35,852 nt of DNA from a virus. This document shows, one piece after another, positions 1 to 8,886 of the stretch. The stretch lies in the IMG/VR virus record IMGVR_UViG_3300027640_000001; one strand, written 5' to 3'. The notes under the pieces are model-generated. The model searched no databases and was not told the origin of the DNA. It saw nothing but the letters and a program-made list of their open reading frames with translations. The number at the start of each line of letters is the position of its first letter. Position 1 is the stretch's first letter. The position numbers were made by a program, and so were the translations under genes.

Positions 1-127
1 CGCTGGGGTCGATCTTCAGCTGAATGCTCGCGGTGCTGCTCACCAGGATGTTGAGGCGCACCACCTGAGTTCGGCCGCTGCCCTGGGCGAGCTCCGGTTT
101 ATAAGTCGGCGGGCAGTTGGCCACCGC
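1..127. repeat. Terminal direct repeat, copy 1 (identical to 35726..35852)
   Basis: Read base by base: cgctggggtcgatcttcagc...gggcagttggccaccgc occurs at both ends. Confidence 0.97.
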
Positions 128-439
128 CACCAGGTCGCCAGCATCGTCGTACAGGCCGATCTCCCGGATCCACCAGCCGCCCACATCCTCGGGGATGACC
201 TGCTCGGCGACGATGATCGAGCTGTTGTTCGGGTCGATGCTCAGCTGGTTGAGCGGCGCGCGGCGGCGCTCAAAGATCAGCGCGGTCTGGTTGCGATCCG
301 GCTGTGGCTCGGTGCCGTTGGCATCGCCAACGCCGAGCGAGGAGATAACCCAGGGCACACCCAGGGCGGTGGCGTTGGCCTGCTTGGCCTCCCCGACGGC
401 GGTGAGGATGGCCATGAACTGCGAGTTCTGGTCTGCCAT
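1..439 (-). CDS. gpH: Tail fibre protein (P2 gpH-like), 5' part. The gene wraps around the circular junction and continues at 35725 downwards
   Basis: The ATG at 439 overlaps the gpI stop (TAATG). Translation is MADQNSQFMAILTAVGEAKQANATALGVPW...DLVAVANCPPTYK, a typical P2 H N-terminus. The frame is continuous with ORF 35073..35849. The joined gene is 1092 nt, 363 aa. Confidence 0.85.
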   Translation of the reverse strand, partial: MADQNSQFMAILTAVGEAKQANATALGVPWVISSLGVGDANGTEPQPDRNQTALIFERRRAPLNQLSIDPNNSSIIVAEQVIPEDVGGWWIREIGLYDDAGDLVAVANCPPTYKPELAQGSGRTQVVRLNILVSSTASIQLKIDPS

Positions 440-1050
440 TAGTAGATATCCATGTGGTCGATGACATGCTCACGCGCGCCCCAGGCCAGCGTGCCGCCGA
501 CCTCGATGTCACGCGGTGCGGGTGGGTAAACGGTGAGTTCGTCGCCATCAGTAAGGGCAACGCCGATGTATTCGGTGCCAGCGACGTCCAGGCCGATGGC
601 CAGGCCTACCAGGTGGCGGCTGATGGGCTTCGCGTCGTCGATAAGCCAGGTGAGTTCCTGGTACATCTCCTCGGTGATGCCGGTATCGAGCACGCCGACC
701 AGCAGGCGGAAGGTACCGGGCACGCCCAGCGGCGCCTCCTCCCACCACTCCTGCACTTCGATCAGGTAGCCCAGCGGCTCAACGACGCGGCGCAGCGCGC
801 CGATGGTGCCCTTGTGGGCGTGAATGAAGTAGGCAGCACGGATGGCGGCGCGCTTGGCGCTTTCCGGCCAGGCGCTGGACCAGCGGTCCACCGAAAAGGC
901 CCAGGCGAGGTATGGCAGCAGCTCCACCGGGCAGGTGTCTGGGTTCCAGAGCGTGCGCAGCGGTACCGGCACGCGCTGCAGCTGGGCGAGCGCCTCGGCG
1001 GCGTTGCGCTCCAGCTCGCTGGCGTTGGGTGGCAGCAAGCTGGTCATCAC
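439..1050 (-). CDS. gpI: Baseplate/tail protein gpI-like
   Basis: 203 aa starting MMTSLLPPNASELERN..., lying between J and H as in P2. Confidence 0.85.
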   Translation of the reverse strand: MMTSLLPPNASELERNAAEALAQLQRVPVPLRTLWNPDTCPVELLPYLAWAFSVDRWSSAWPESAKRAAIRAAYFIHAHKGTIGALRRVVEPLGYLIEVQEWWEEAPLGVPGTFRLLVGVLDTGITEEMYQELTWLIDDAKPISRHLVGLAIGLDVAGTEYIGVALTDGDELTVYPPAPRDIEVGGTLAWGAREHVIDHMDIY

Positions 1051-1958
1051 GCCTGCGCCACGGTGACGGAGTAGCCGGTGCAGTACGGGGCCTGCGCGGC
1101 GGTGGCCTGGATGTCGACCCAGGCGGTGAGTTCGACGCGGCGCACGCCCTCGATATGCAGGGCGGCGTCCAGGGCGGAGCGGTTGATCTCCAGGCCTAGC
1201 CGACGGCGCTGGGTGACCAGCGCGACAAGGCGCGCCTCGGCCGCGGCGCGGATGGGCTCGGCCTCCGGCCCGACGGTGTTCAGGTGCAGCACGGCGGTGA
1301 CGCTGAACGGGAGCACCTCGGCTGATTGGACAGTGAGCCGATCGGCCACCGGCCGGCGGTCTTCATCGCTGAGGTAGGCCTTCACCGCATCCAGCAGGGT
1401 CAGGTCGGCGCTGCCATCGCCCAGGATCGCCTGCACCGTCACGACGACCTCGGCCGGCGACGGGCTTGTGCAGGACGCGTCAGCCACCTGACCATCGGCG
1501 CTGCGGGCATGAAAGACGTAGGCATTGCGCGGCCCGGCGGTACTCAGCCCTTCCATCGCCATTTGGGTGCGCTCGCGCAGGCTGTCATCACCCTCCATCA
1601 CGGCGGCAACCGGTGGTACGGCGGTCGGATCGGCCGGGGTAATGACCAGGCGCTGCACATTGAAGCGTGCGGCGATCTGCTCCAGATCGGCTCTTTTGGC
1701 AAAGGGCAGCATCACGGCCAGCGCAGCCTCGTTGACGCGCTGTCGCCAGAGTGTTTCGCGGTAGGCGCTCTCCTGCAGCAGCTTGGTCAGCGGCTCGGAT
1801 TCGAGCGCGAGCGTGGCGGCGATCTCGGCCTGCTGCTCGGCGGGCCATAGGCTGATGGCGTAGGCCTTACGCTCGGCCAGGATCGTTTCGAAATCGATCT
1901 GCTCCACCACAGCGGGCGCCGGGAGCCGGGCCAGGTCGATCGGGGTGAAGGTGCTCAT
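1047..1958 (-). CDS. gpJ: Baseplate protein gpJ-like
   Basis: 303-aa ORF in the P2 W-J-I order, with 4-nt start/stop overlaps on both sides. Confidence 0.85.
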   Translation of the reverse strand: MSTFTPIDLARLPAPAVVEQIDFETILAERKAYAISLWPAEQQAEIAATLALESEPLTKLLQESAYRETLWRQRVNEAALAVMLPFAKRADLEQIAARFNVQRLVITPADPTAVPPVAAVMEGDDSLRERTQMAMEGLSTAGPRNAYVFHARSADGQVADASCTSPSPAEVVVTVQAILGDGSADLTLLDAVKAYLSDEDRRPVADRLTVQSAEVLPFSVTAVLHLNTVGPEAEPIRAAAEARLVALVTQRRRLGLEINRSALDAALHIEGVRRVELTAWVDIQATAAQAPYCTGYSVTVAQA

Positions 1959-2308
1959 GCGGCGGCTCCCAGGCTCAGCGGCACGCTAAGCGATTGCGCC
2001 TCGTTGGTGTCCACGCGGGTGCCTTCGAGCTCGAGCACGACCTGCCCGGGGTGGTCGCCCAGGAACAGCTGCACACGGCTCAGGCGGATGCGGGTTTCCC
2101 AGCGCATCAGCGCCATGGCGACGGCGGCATAGGCCAGCAGACGGGTGTGGTCGTTGGTGGGCGCGTCGATCAGGTCAGGCAGCTGGCTGCCGTATTCGCG
2201 GCGCATCACGCGCGAGCCGATCGGGGTGGTGAGGATGTCAGCGATGGATTGGCGCAGGTGCGCGGCATCGCTGAGGGTGCGGCCGGTGGTGGCGGACATG
2301 CCGATCAT
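1955..2308 (-). CDS. gpW: Baseplate protein gpW-like (GPW/gp25 family)
   Basis: The ATG at 2308 forms ATGA with the gpV stop. MIGMSATTGRTLSDAAHLRQSIADILTTPIGSRVMRREYGS is a typical gpW motif. The long N-terminal extension in the ORF track is rejected. Confidence 0.85.
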   Translation of the reverse strand: MIGMSATTGRTLSDAAHLRQSIADILTTPIGSRVMRREYGSQLPDLIDAPTNDHTRLLAYAAVAMALMRWETRIRLSRVQLFLGDHPGQVVLELEGTRVDTNEAQSLSVPLSLGAAA

Positions 2309-2832
2309 TGCGGAGCCCCCGTTGTGCCACCGCTGTCGCCGGGGTGCGTGTGGTTGACCAGGCTGATGCCGGCGGCAACCACGTCGTCGCTGACCGTTAC
2401 TAGGCCGGTTATATCCACGTTGCCCAGAATGCTGACGCCGCCGGGCGCGACGAGCCTGGCCGCACCGCCGACGGGCAGCGTGGCGGTGAGCGTGTGGGTG
2501 GCGGTGTCGTAGTCGATCACGGCGCCATCGCGGTAGCGGCGGCGACGGCGGTTCACGTTGGTATCCGGTGCGGGAAACAGGTCGCTGTAGATGCCGCCCA
2601 GGACGAAGCCGTGGGCCGGGTTGCCGGACGGCGACAGGACGAGGCATTGCTCGTCGATGCTGGGCGGATCCCACTCGGCATCCTCACCGGCACGCAGTAC
2701 CAGGAACGGCAGCCAACCGGTGAGTAACCCGCCGGTTTTGACCCGGCAGCGCGGCGCGTCCGGATCGATCTCGGCAATGGTGCCGGGGCGGATCAGGTTT
2801 TCGAGGCGGCGAAGGATGTCGGTGATGTTCAT
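2305..2832 (-). CDS. gpV: Baseplate assembly/spike protein gpV-like
   Basis: MNITDILRRLENLIRPGTIAEID... is a classic gpV N-terminus; 175 aa. Confidence 0.88.
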   Translation of the reverse strand: MNITDILRRLENLIRPGTIAEIDPDAPRCRVKTGGLLTGWLPFLVLRAGEDAEWDPPSIDEQCLVLSPSGNPAHGFVLGGIYSDLFPAPDTNVNRRRRRYRDGAVIDYDTATHTLTATLPVGGAARLVAPGGVSILGNVDITGLVTVSDDVVAAGISLVNHTHPGDSGGTTGAPQ

Positions 2833-2878
2833 GCGGCCATGCTCGCGTTCGCGCGCGCGGGACGCACTGGGCAGGCCG

Positions 2879-2897
2879 TGTAGCGGGTGGCGTTACA
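2879..2897 (-). promoter_or_regulatory. Candidate Ogr-type late-promoter activator site upstream of V (TGT-N13-ACA)
   Basis: The minus strand reads cTGTaacgccacccgctACAcggcc, nearly the same as the site upstream of FI. A GCGCGCGCG run lies about 20 nt downstream in both. Confidence 0.5.
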
Positions 2898-2900
2898 GCG

Positions 2901-3356
2901 TCAGCGCACTGGGTGCGCCAGCAGTTGGTCGCGAATCATGTCCAGTTCGTCGGGGCTGAAGCCGAGCAGCTCGCGCCGGGCGTACTGGATGTCCGGCGCG
3001 TTGCGCCCGGGGCGGTCGCGCAGGCCGTATTGGTGGACACGGGCGAGCCGTGCGGTACGGCCAAGGAAGCCGATGGCGATACTGCTGGCGTCACTCTGTA
3101 GCTTGAGGTGTTTGGCGGCGCGCAGCTTGGTGAACATCTTGCGCTTGACCCTGCCCTGCTTCGCCCGCAGCGGCTCGCGGGGCTTGCGCGGTGCGAACGG
3201 CGTACCATCCGGATTGCGCTGGGCGGCGATGCGCTGTTGCTGACTGCGGCGCAGCTCGCGGGCGATGGACTGGGTGACCTTGCGGCGCTCGGCCGGCTGC
3301 AGGCGATTGAGCAGCGCGCCCGCCCAGTCCTCGAGGGCGTTCAGATCATCAGCCAC
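2901..3356 (-). CDS. gpS: Tail completion / virion morphogenesis protein gpS-like
   Basis: 151 aa in the R-S-V order. It is a basic protein typical of P2 gpS. Confidence 0.8.
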   Translation of the reverse strand: MADDLNALEDWAGALLNRLQPAERRKVTQSIARELRRSQQQRIAAQRNPDGTPFAPRKPREPLRAKQGRVKRKMFTKLRAAKHLKLQSDASSIAIGFLGRTARLARVHQYGLRDRPGRNAPDIQYARRELLGFSPDELDMIRDQLLAHPVR

Positions 3357-3834
3357 CGCTGCCCAGCTCCGCGATCAGCTCGCCGTCGGTGGTTTCGATG
3401 CGCAGCGTTGGCAGCAGGAACAGCTCATCATCGACCACCGGCTCGGCTGGGTGGCTGACTTGCAGGGTGCCGTCGTCCAGGCGCTTGACGAGGACGCGCT
3501 CGGTAAGTGGCAGGGTGATGGACAGGTCGACCTTGCTGTTGTCGAGGATGTCCGCTTCGAACTTGATCGCGTCCCGACCCTTCTCCAGGTTCTCCATCAG
3601 CTCGCGCTGGTTGACCAGCACCCAGGCAAACAGCGGGATGGCCACGGCATCCGGATGGCCGGCGAAGTCGGTGAGGATGATGTTCAGCGTGTAGCTGTAT
3701 TCGAAGGACAAGCCCGGCGCGGCGGTGCTGCGCATGCTGCCGTTGTCGACGAAGGTGAGCAGCCGGTCGGGGTTGCGCTTGAGATCGGGCACGGCGGCGA
3801 TCAGATGGGCGCGTAGGGATTCGGGTTTGTTCAT
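3349..3834 (-). CDS. gpR: Tail completion protein gpR-like
   Basis: 161 aa, MNKPESLRAHLIAAVPDLKRNPDRLLTFVDNG..., in the P2 gpR position. Confidence 0.8.
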   Translation of the reverse strand: MNKPESLRAHLIAAVPDLKRNPDRLLTFVDNGSMRSTAAPGLSFEYSYTLNIILTDFAGHPDAVAIPLFAWVLVNQRELMENLEKGRDAIKFEADILDNSKVDLSITLPLTERVLVKRLDDGTLQVSHPAEPVVDDELFLLPTLRIETTDGELIAELGSGG

Positions 3835-4094
3835 GGCTGAGCGCTGCGCTGGTTGTGGTCAACGACCAGGTCGACCTTGGCCGCGCACTCGGCCCAGGCG
3901 CTCATCAGGTAATCGGCGTCGTCGCTGAGCTCGCCGTTACTGGCCGGCGATGCTGGGTTTAGCGTGCAGCGCGTCACGACCGGACAACCACTGACGGTAA
4001 CCTGCGGCTCCGGTGACGGCGGGACGTTGGTGCAGGCGGCGAGCAGCATCAGGCAGAGGCTGAGCAGCCCAAGTCGTATGGGTTGGGTCTTCAC
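3831..4094 (-). CDS. o-spanin (Rz1/LysC-like outer-membrane lipoprotein)
   Basis: GTG at 4094 follows AAGGA. VKTQPIRLGLLSLCLMLLAAC contains the lipobox LAAC. The frame is +1 relative to the i-spanin, begins inside it and extends past its stop (overlapped architecture). An ATGA junction links it to gpR. Confidence 0.75.
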   Translation of the reverse strand: MKTQPIRLGLLSLCLMLLAACTNVPPSPEPQVTVSGCPVVTRCTLNPASPASNGELSDDADYLMSAWAECAAKVDLVVDHNQRSAQP

Positions 4095-4380
4095 GGCGGC
4101 GTTCCTTCTTCTTGAGCTGATCGGTGGCGTGGGCTTGGTGCAGATCACTGATGGTCTGCTGCAGTGAAAGCTGATCGAGGCGCTGCGCGGCGACTTCGCC
4201 GCCGAGGCGGACGATGGTTGCGGCCTGCCGCTCGTTGCGCTGCTCGGCTTGCTGGTGGCGTTCAGTGGCGAGACCCGCGCGGGCGGTTTCTGCATCGATG
4301 CGTTGGGCCTGGAAGTTAAGGGCAACTGCCATGGCGATGAATAGTGCTGCGAGGGCGAGCCAGACTTTTGCGTTGCTCAT
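3937..4380 (-). CDS. i-spanin (Rz/LysB-like)
   Basis: The ATG at 4380 forms ATGA with the upstream stop. The protein has an N-terminal TM (KVWLALAALFIAMAVALNF) followed by a charged coiled-coil-like region. Confidence 0.75.
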   Translation of the reverse strand: MSNAKVWLALAALFIAMAVALNFQAQRIDAETARAGLATERHQQAEQRNERQAATIVRLGGEVAAQRLDQLSLQQTISDLHQAHATDQLKKKERRREDPTHTTWAAQPLPDAARRLHQRPAVTGAAGYRQWLSGRDALHAKPSIAGQ

Positions 4381-4583
4381 TGGCGGTACCAACCAGCGAG
4401 ATTCATTGCCGCTTCATTCAGCTGGCGAACCTCACCGATGAGCACCAGGCAGCGCACGCCCGGTACCGCGACATGCAGCGCCTCGGCGAACTGGTCGGCC
4501 AGCTCTGGCGGCGTGTCGGCCGGCAGTTCGAACACGTCGCCGTCCTGGGGGCTGTGCTTGCGGATCTGCTCGAGGTCAATCAT
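4377..4583 (-). CDS. Hypothetical protein (68 aa) between the endolysin and the spanins
   Basis: The ORF has 4-nt overlaps at both ends. It occupies the P2 lysA position but has no hydrophobic segment. Confidence 0.5.
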   Translation of the reverse strand: MIDLEQIRKHSPQDGDVFELPADTPPELADQFAEALHVAVPGVRCLVLIGEVRQLNEAAMNLAGWYRQ

Positions 4584-5398
4584 GCGGCCTGCTCCTGGGC
4601 GTGCTCGGCGGAGAACTGGGCATAGGCCCGGGCGAGCTTCACGTCGTAGAGGTTTTTAGCGTAGGCCGGCCCGTTGTAGCGCTTGGCGAACTCGGCCCAC
4701 TTCTTACCTTTCAGCGCCTTGTGCAGGGCTGGGTCGGTCTCGATAAAACAGACGAAGGCATCGAGCTGGGCGGCTTCGCTGAGTGCCATGGTGTCCGCGA
4801 AGTGTTGGGCGTCCATGTAGTCCAGGCGCGCCCAGTGGTAGCCCATGATCTGGAACAGCCCCCAGCTGGCCGATTCCAGCGCCGACGCGACGTGGATCTG
4901 CTTGGCTTGGGCAAGGCGCTGATGCTCGACCGTGCCGCCGGCGTAGCCACCACGGCGGCGGTTGACCAGGGCGGGATATTGCGCGGCGCGCTGGTCGGCC
5001 TCGGCTTCGGTCATGCCGTTGGCCTGCAGGCGAGCAAACATGACGTGCCGCTCGAAGAGGATCACCGGGCGACCGTTGCTGGCGAACCCTTCCCCGCGGC
5101 TCTCCACCTGGTTGACGGCCATGATGCTGGCCAACGGTACGCCAAGCCGGTCAGCGGCCTTCTGCAGGTCTTTCTGCTTGAGCAGGCGGGACGTGTCGGC
5201 GCCGGCCAAGGCGGCAAGCGTCTTGGAGCCGGCGACGCCATCGGCGACCAGGCCGACCTTGAGTTGATAGGCGTGCACGGCGGCTTCGGTGGTGTCGCCG
5301 AAATCTCCATCGACGTAAAGACCGGCGCCGTGATGGTTGAGCTGGGTTTGCAGCTGACGCACGGCCAGGCCGCGCGAGCCGTTACGGAGTGCGGTCAT
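4580..5398 (-). CDS. Endolysin: N-terminal peptidoglycan-binding domain plus C-terminal muramidase-like domain
   Basis: GLAVRQLQTQLNHHGAGLYVDGDFGDTTEAAVHAYQLKVGLVADGVAGSKTLAAL is PG_binding_1-like. It lies directly after the holin. Confidence 0.8.
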   Translation of the reverse strand: MTALRNGSRGLAVRQLQTQLNHHGAGLYVDGDFGDTTEAAVHAYQLKVGLVADGVAGSKTLAALAGADTSRLLKQKDLQKAADRLGVPLASIMAVNQVESRGEGFASNGRPVILFERHVMFARLQANGMTEAEADQRAAQYPALVNRRRGGYAGGTVEHQRLAQAKQIHVASALESASWGLFQIMGYHWARLDYMDAQHFADTMALSEAAQLDAFVCFIETDPALHKALKGKKWAEFAKRYNGPAYAKNLYDVKLARAYAQFSAEHAQEQAA

Positions 5399-5718
5399 AG
5401 CTGGTCTGCCTTTTTCTTGAATACGTTTTTGGCATGGGCCCGGATGAACTCGACGCCCAGCATGCCGATCACGCCGCCAAAGAACGGCGCGGTGTCATGC
5501 GGGATCGAAAAGAGTTGAAGGCCATTGCTAGCGGCTAGCGTGATCGCACCGCACAGCATCGCCTCTAGAAGCATCTGCCCCGCAGTCCCGCCGGCACGCT
5601 TGACCCGAAGGGCCGCGATGAAAAAGGCGAGCCCGGCGGCATAGATGGATGGCCAATTGAGGCGAATCAATTCGATCAACCACGCCACAGTTTCCGATAG
5701 GTCAGGCATGCGCTTCAT
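5395..5718 (-). CDS. Putative holin (three hydrophobic segments)
   Basis: Hydrophobic segments are WPSIYAAGLAFFIAAL, MLLEAMLCGAITLAASNGL and APFFGGVIGMLGVEFI, with a charged C-terminus KKKADQL. The start is uncertain: ATG at 5718 or 5709, or TTG at 5730. Confidence 0.6.
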   Translation of the reverse strand: MKRMPDLSETVAWLIELIRLNWPSIYAAGLAFFIAALRVKRAGGTAGQMLLEAMLCGAITLAASNGLQLFSIPHDTAPFFGGVIGMLGVEFIRAHAKNVFKKKADQL

Positions 5719-6157
5719 TCCGCTGTCCAAGGTTGAGTCCGTGGATGTGCCGGACTACTTCGCCGAGCAGAGCCGGGCTGTACCGCTGCGGCAGCGGATA
5801 GCCCAGCCCGGCGGCGCAGAACTCGCTGCAGAACATCCGGCGTTTGTTGTCGATGGTGATCGGGAGGAACTGACTGCCGAGCAGGCCGAGCCAGTCATAG
5901 CCGCGGCCTTGGTTGGCACGGAACAGCTGCTCGATGCGGTTGGCATCTGCCCAGGGCACCGGAATCAGGTCCCAGTGGGCAAGGTCGAGCTCGATGCGCT
6001 TGGCGCGCACGCCACCGTCCATGGCCGAAGCGGACAGCCAGCGGCCGTCCGGCATGACCAATTCGCAGTGGCTGTAGATCGAGCGCGTCCAGAAACGGAT
6101 AAGGCGGTTGAGCAGCGTGCCGTGGCCCTTGTAAAGCGCGAGGTAGATCAGTCCCAT
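5702..6157 (-). CDS. Hypothetical protein, possibly a permuted papain-like (YiiX/NlpC-P60-type) hydrolase
   Basis: ATG at 6157 (MGLIYLALYKG...). A His in YSHCEL lies upstream of a Cys in MFCSEFC. The N-terminal extension in the ORF track is rejected. Confidence 0.55.
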   Translation of the reverse strand: MGLIYLALYKGHGTLLNRLIRFWTRSIYSHCELVMPDGRWLSASAMDGGVRAKRIELDLAHWDLIPVPWADANRIEQLFRANQGRGYDWLGLLGSQFLPITIDNKRRMFCSEFCAAGLGYPLPQRYSPALLGEVVRHIHGLNLGQRNEAHA

Positions 6158-6357
6158 AAATTCACCACTTGGCGTTGTTCGGCCTGCGGCGGTGCGTCCG
6201 GTAGGTCGATCAGGTGGCCGTTGGGCAGGACCGCACCCAGATCGGCCAGCCCTGGGTTGGCATCGAGCACGGCCTCGGTCACTCCGGCCGTGCGGCCGTA
6301 GTGCCGCCAGCAGATGGCGTCGACGGTGTCGCCCTGCTGGGCGCGGACGCTGGCCAT
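6148..6357 (-). CDS. gpX: Tail protein X (gpX-like, LysM-like)
   Basis: 69 aa, MASVRAQQGDTVDAICWRHYGRT...NPGLADLGAVLPNGHLIDLP, a typical gpX. Confidence 0.85.
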   Translation of the reverse strand: MASVRAQQGDTVDAICWRHYGRTAGVTEAVLDANPGLADLGAVLPNGHLIDLPDAPPQAEQRQVVNLWD

Positions 6358-6548
6358 CAGGCTTGCTCGTCTTCGATGTTGAACCGTTCCGGGTATACGA
6401 ACGGGCCGTCATCGGAAACCAGCGCGCCGGGTGACGTACCGGTCTCAGGGATGCGGACGATGGCCAGTCCCAGCGGATGCATGATCTCCCGGTTGATCCG
6501 AACCAGAAGGCCCCGGCGGCTGATCTCGTTCCAGTCGATCGTGTCCAT
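6357..6548 (-). CDS. Hypothetical protein (63 aa) between L and X
   Basis: The ORF has 1-nt start/stop overlaps with both neighbours. Confidence 0.5.
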   Translation of the reverse strand: MDTIDWNEISRRGLLVRINREIMHPLGLAIVRIPETGTSPGALVSDDGPFVYPERFNIEDEQA

Positions 6549-7012
6549 CAGATCAGCTCCACAGTGGTGTGCACGCGGCCGAGGATGCTGCGGATCGCCC
6601 AGCGGGCATCGCGGCGGTATTCATCCGGAGTCGGCGTGAGGGCTTCGGCGCGCTCGGCACCGTCGCCGGTGGCGCTGTAATCGCGGTAGCGCTCGGCCAG
6701 CTCGGCGCCGGCGCTGCAGTAGATCGCGCGACGGTAGAGATGCAGCAGCTGGCTTTCGCCCTGGATCTGCTGGGCCGGCACGTTGGCCAGCGCCGTGTGC
6801 CCTTCGGCTTGGCGCTGGGCCTGGTAGTCGGCGAGCTCTCGGTTAACTTCGATCACCGCGTTGACGGCTGCAACTTCCAGGCGGGCATCGGTGATGCTGC
6901 CGTCGAGGCGCAACGAATCGCGCATGTGCGTGCCATCCAGGTCAGGAAACCAGCCGTCATTGGTGATCGGGTACGGCGCGGTGCTGCCGCCTGTTGCGAT
7001 GAATGCGCTCAT
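6548..7012 (-). CDS. gpL: Head completion/stabilisation protein gpL-like
   Basis: 154 aa immediately downstream of M, as in P2. Confidence 0.8.
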   Translation of the reverse strand: MSAFIATGGSTAPYPITNDGWFPDLDGTHMRDSLRLDGSITDARLEVAAVNAVIEVNRELADYQAQRQAEGHTALANVPAQQIQGESQLLHLYRRAIYCSAGAELAERYRDYSATGDGAERAEALTPTPDEYRRDARWAIRSILGRVHTTVELI

Positions 7013-7107
7013 GTTCTTGCCCTAGTTCGGCGGTGGTCGGGGCGTCACGACAAGGCAAGGAGAAAACCTGTCGATAAGCCCCGAGCCGCCGAGTGCGTGG
7101 GGGACGC

Positions 7108-7836
7108 TCAGTTAGCGGGCGGCTCGCCGGTACCGGGTACGGTTGGCTTGCTTTCCGCGTGTTTCTTCAGGAGGCGCTCAACGCGCTCCAGGTCTTTTTT
7201 GCCGCCGCAATTGCTGTGCAGGTCGATGGCGCGGGCGAGATTGCCGCGCGCCTCTTCGAGCCCTTCGGCATTCGGTGCGGCTTCGTCCAGCTCGGCCAGG
7301 TACGCCTTGCCCAGGGCGAGGTGCAGCTTGGCGCGGGCTTCGTCCGGCATGTCGTGCTCGGCGGTGATATCCGCCGCGAGTGTCAGGACGAAGCGGTCGA
7401 ACGGCTCGCCGGCCTTCTGCTGCTTGAGCGCGGCATTGGCCACTTCCTCAGCGAGCAGGCACCCGGTGGTGCGAGCAAAGCGGTCGGGCATCTTCAGGTT
7501 GTGCTGCAGCACGTAGCGACCGATGGTCAGCGCGCCGACGTAGTCGCCCGCGTCGATGCTCCAGACCATCAGCGTGGTGAGCACATCGTCCTGGGCGCCG
7601 TTGCCGGCAGCCAGCACGCCCTCGATGTACGGCTGGTAAGCCGGGATCAGCGTGCGCTTGAGTTCAGCCTTGCCCTGCTCCGATTGCACCTGCTTGAGGC
7701 GCAGCCGGTCCTGGTTGAGCTGCAGAAGCTGCTGTTCGTAGGCGGTGGCGCCTGCCATGGACCGCTCGGGAGCGACCATAGCGGCCTGCAAGGCTGCGCG
7801 TTTGCGCAGCTGGTTACGTTGGGCTGGGCTGGCCAT
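7108..7836 (-). CDS. gpM: Terminase small (endonuclease) subunit gpM-like
   Basis: 242 aa in the O-N-M order, starting MASPAQRNQLRKRAALQAA... Confidence 0.85.
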   Translation of the reverse strand: MASPAQRNQLRKRAALQAAMVAPERSMAGATAYEQQLLQLNQDRLRLKQVQSEQGKAELKRTLIPAYQPYIEGVLAAGNGAQDDVLTTLMVWSIDAGDYVGALTIGRYVLQHNLKMPDRFARTTGCLLAEEVANAALKQQKAGEPFDRFVLTLAADITAEHDMPDEARAKLHLALGKAYLAELDEAAPNAEGLEEARGNLARAIDLHSNCGGKKDLERVERLLKKHAESKPTVPGTGEPPAN

Positions 7837-7839
7837 GGC

Positions 7840-8868
7840 TTACACCACCACGATTTTTTCGACCAAGGCCACCAGACCGAAGTCCTCGATGACGTAGGCG
7901 TCGTTGCTCGACTGGTAATCGGCGATGCGGTCGTACTCGGGCTCGTCCTTCACATGGCGGCGACGGGCGCCTTCCTGGAAGTAGATGGAGAGGTTCGACA
8001 GTGTGGTGATCAGAACGGTACCGGCCGGGAAGAACGGCGCGTCGACGATCGGCAAACCACCCAGGCGGGCCTTGGTGACGATCTGATCGGCAGCGTTCTC
8101 TTCCTGGTTGGAAGCGGAGCCCTTTTCGACTGCGGCGAGCAACTTGTCCTGCAGCAGATCGCGGGAAATCATGACCACCAGGTTGGGGTGGTTGCGGTGC
8201 CAGGGATCGAGCATCTGCACGGCATCGAATACCAGACCGTCGAGCGTCTTGTAATCGTCCGTTGGGGTTGCGCCATCGGTGTTCGGACCGATGCGGACCG
8301 AACCGGCGGTGTTGCCGGAATCCATCACGCGATCAGTCGCGGCGGTTCGCACCTTCTGCAGCCAGCCAATGTTGACGTCCTGCAGCATCGGGTTGGTGGC
8401 GATGTTGGAGACGGCGGCGGCACTGGTGCCGTTGAAGCCGATCATGATGCGGTCAAGCGCCTGGCGCTCGGTAATCGAGCCGGCCAGGCGTACCTGGAAG
8501 TCCGGAAACTTGGCCCAGGCATCGATCAGCGCGTAGGGGAATGCGCTGTCGAAGTTGGTCTGCTTGCAGGAGTAGGCATCCTTGGTCAGCGCGCTGCGGT
8601 CGGCCGGGTTGCGGCGGTTGCCCGCTGCGGTGTTGGTACGGCTGGCGATCGGGCCATTGACGCCCAGCAGCAGCGCTTCGCCTTCCTGCTGCTCCACACC
8701 GATGATGTTGACACGCTTCAGCAGGCCGCTGGCCTCCTGGATGGCGCTTTCCAGCTTTTGCTGGACGCTCGGGGTGACGTTGAATTTTTCGGTGGCGTTG
8801 TCGACGCCGTTGAGCTTGGCCACCTGCTGCAGGTAGCCGTTGAACAGTTTGCGGGTTTCGTTACGCAT
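7840..8868 (-). CDS. gpN: Major capsid protein gpN-like
   Basis: 342 aa in the P2 N position, starting MRNETRKLFNGYLQQVAKLNGV... Confidence 0.9.
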   Translation of the reverse strand: MRNETRKLFNGYLQQVAKLNGVDNATEKFNVTPSVQQKLESAIQEASGLLKRVNIIGVEQQEGEALLLGVNGPIASRTNTAAGNRRNPADRSALTKDAYSCKQTNFDSAFPYALIDAWAKFPDFQVRLAGSITERQALDRIMIGFNGTSAAAVSNIATNPMLQDVNIGWLQKVRTAATDRVMDSGNTAGSVRIGPNTDGATPTDDYKTLDGLVFDAVQMLDPWHRNHPNLVVMISRDLLQDKLLAAVEKGSASNQEENAADQIVTKARLGGLPIVDAPFFPAGTVLITTLSNLSIYFQEGARRRHVKDEPEYDRIADYQSSNDAYVIEDFGLVALVEKIVVV

Positions 8869-8886
8869 GAGGAGCTCCGGCGTCGA

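Noticed and set aside
1955-2674. Long N-terminal extensions in the ORF track. Affected ORFs: 1955-2674, 3831-4325, 3937-4392, 5702-6412, 14265-15515, 17593-20421, 20343-20873, 20887-21549 and 25437-26126
   Set aside because: The extensions overlap the preceding genes in another frame and are rich in Arg/Pro/Ala. Internal ATG or GTG codons that form ATGA or SD-preceded starts give products with canonical N-termini.
3697-3712. Additional LexA boxes (for example CTGTATTCGAAGGACA)
   Set aside because: The right half-site (ACAG) is missing. By-eye scanning for CTGT-N8-ACAG found only the site at 25651-25670.
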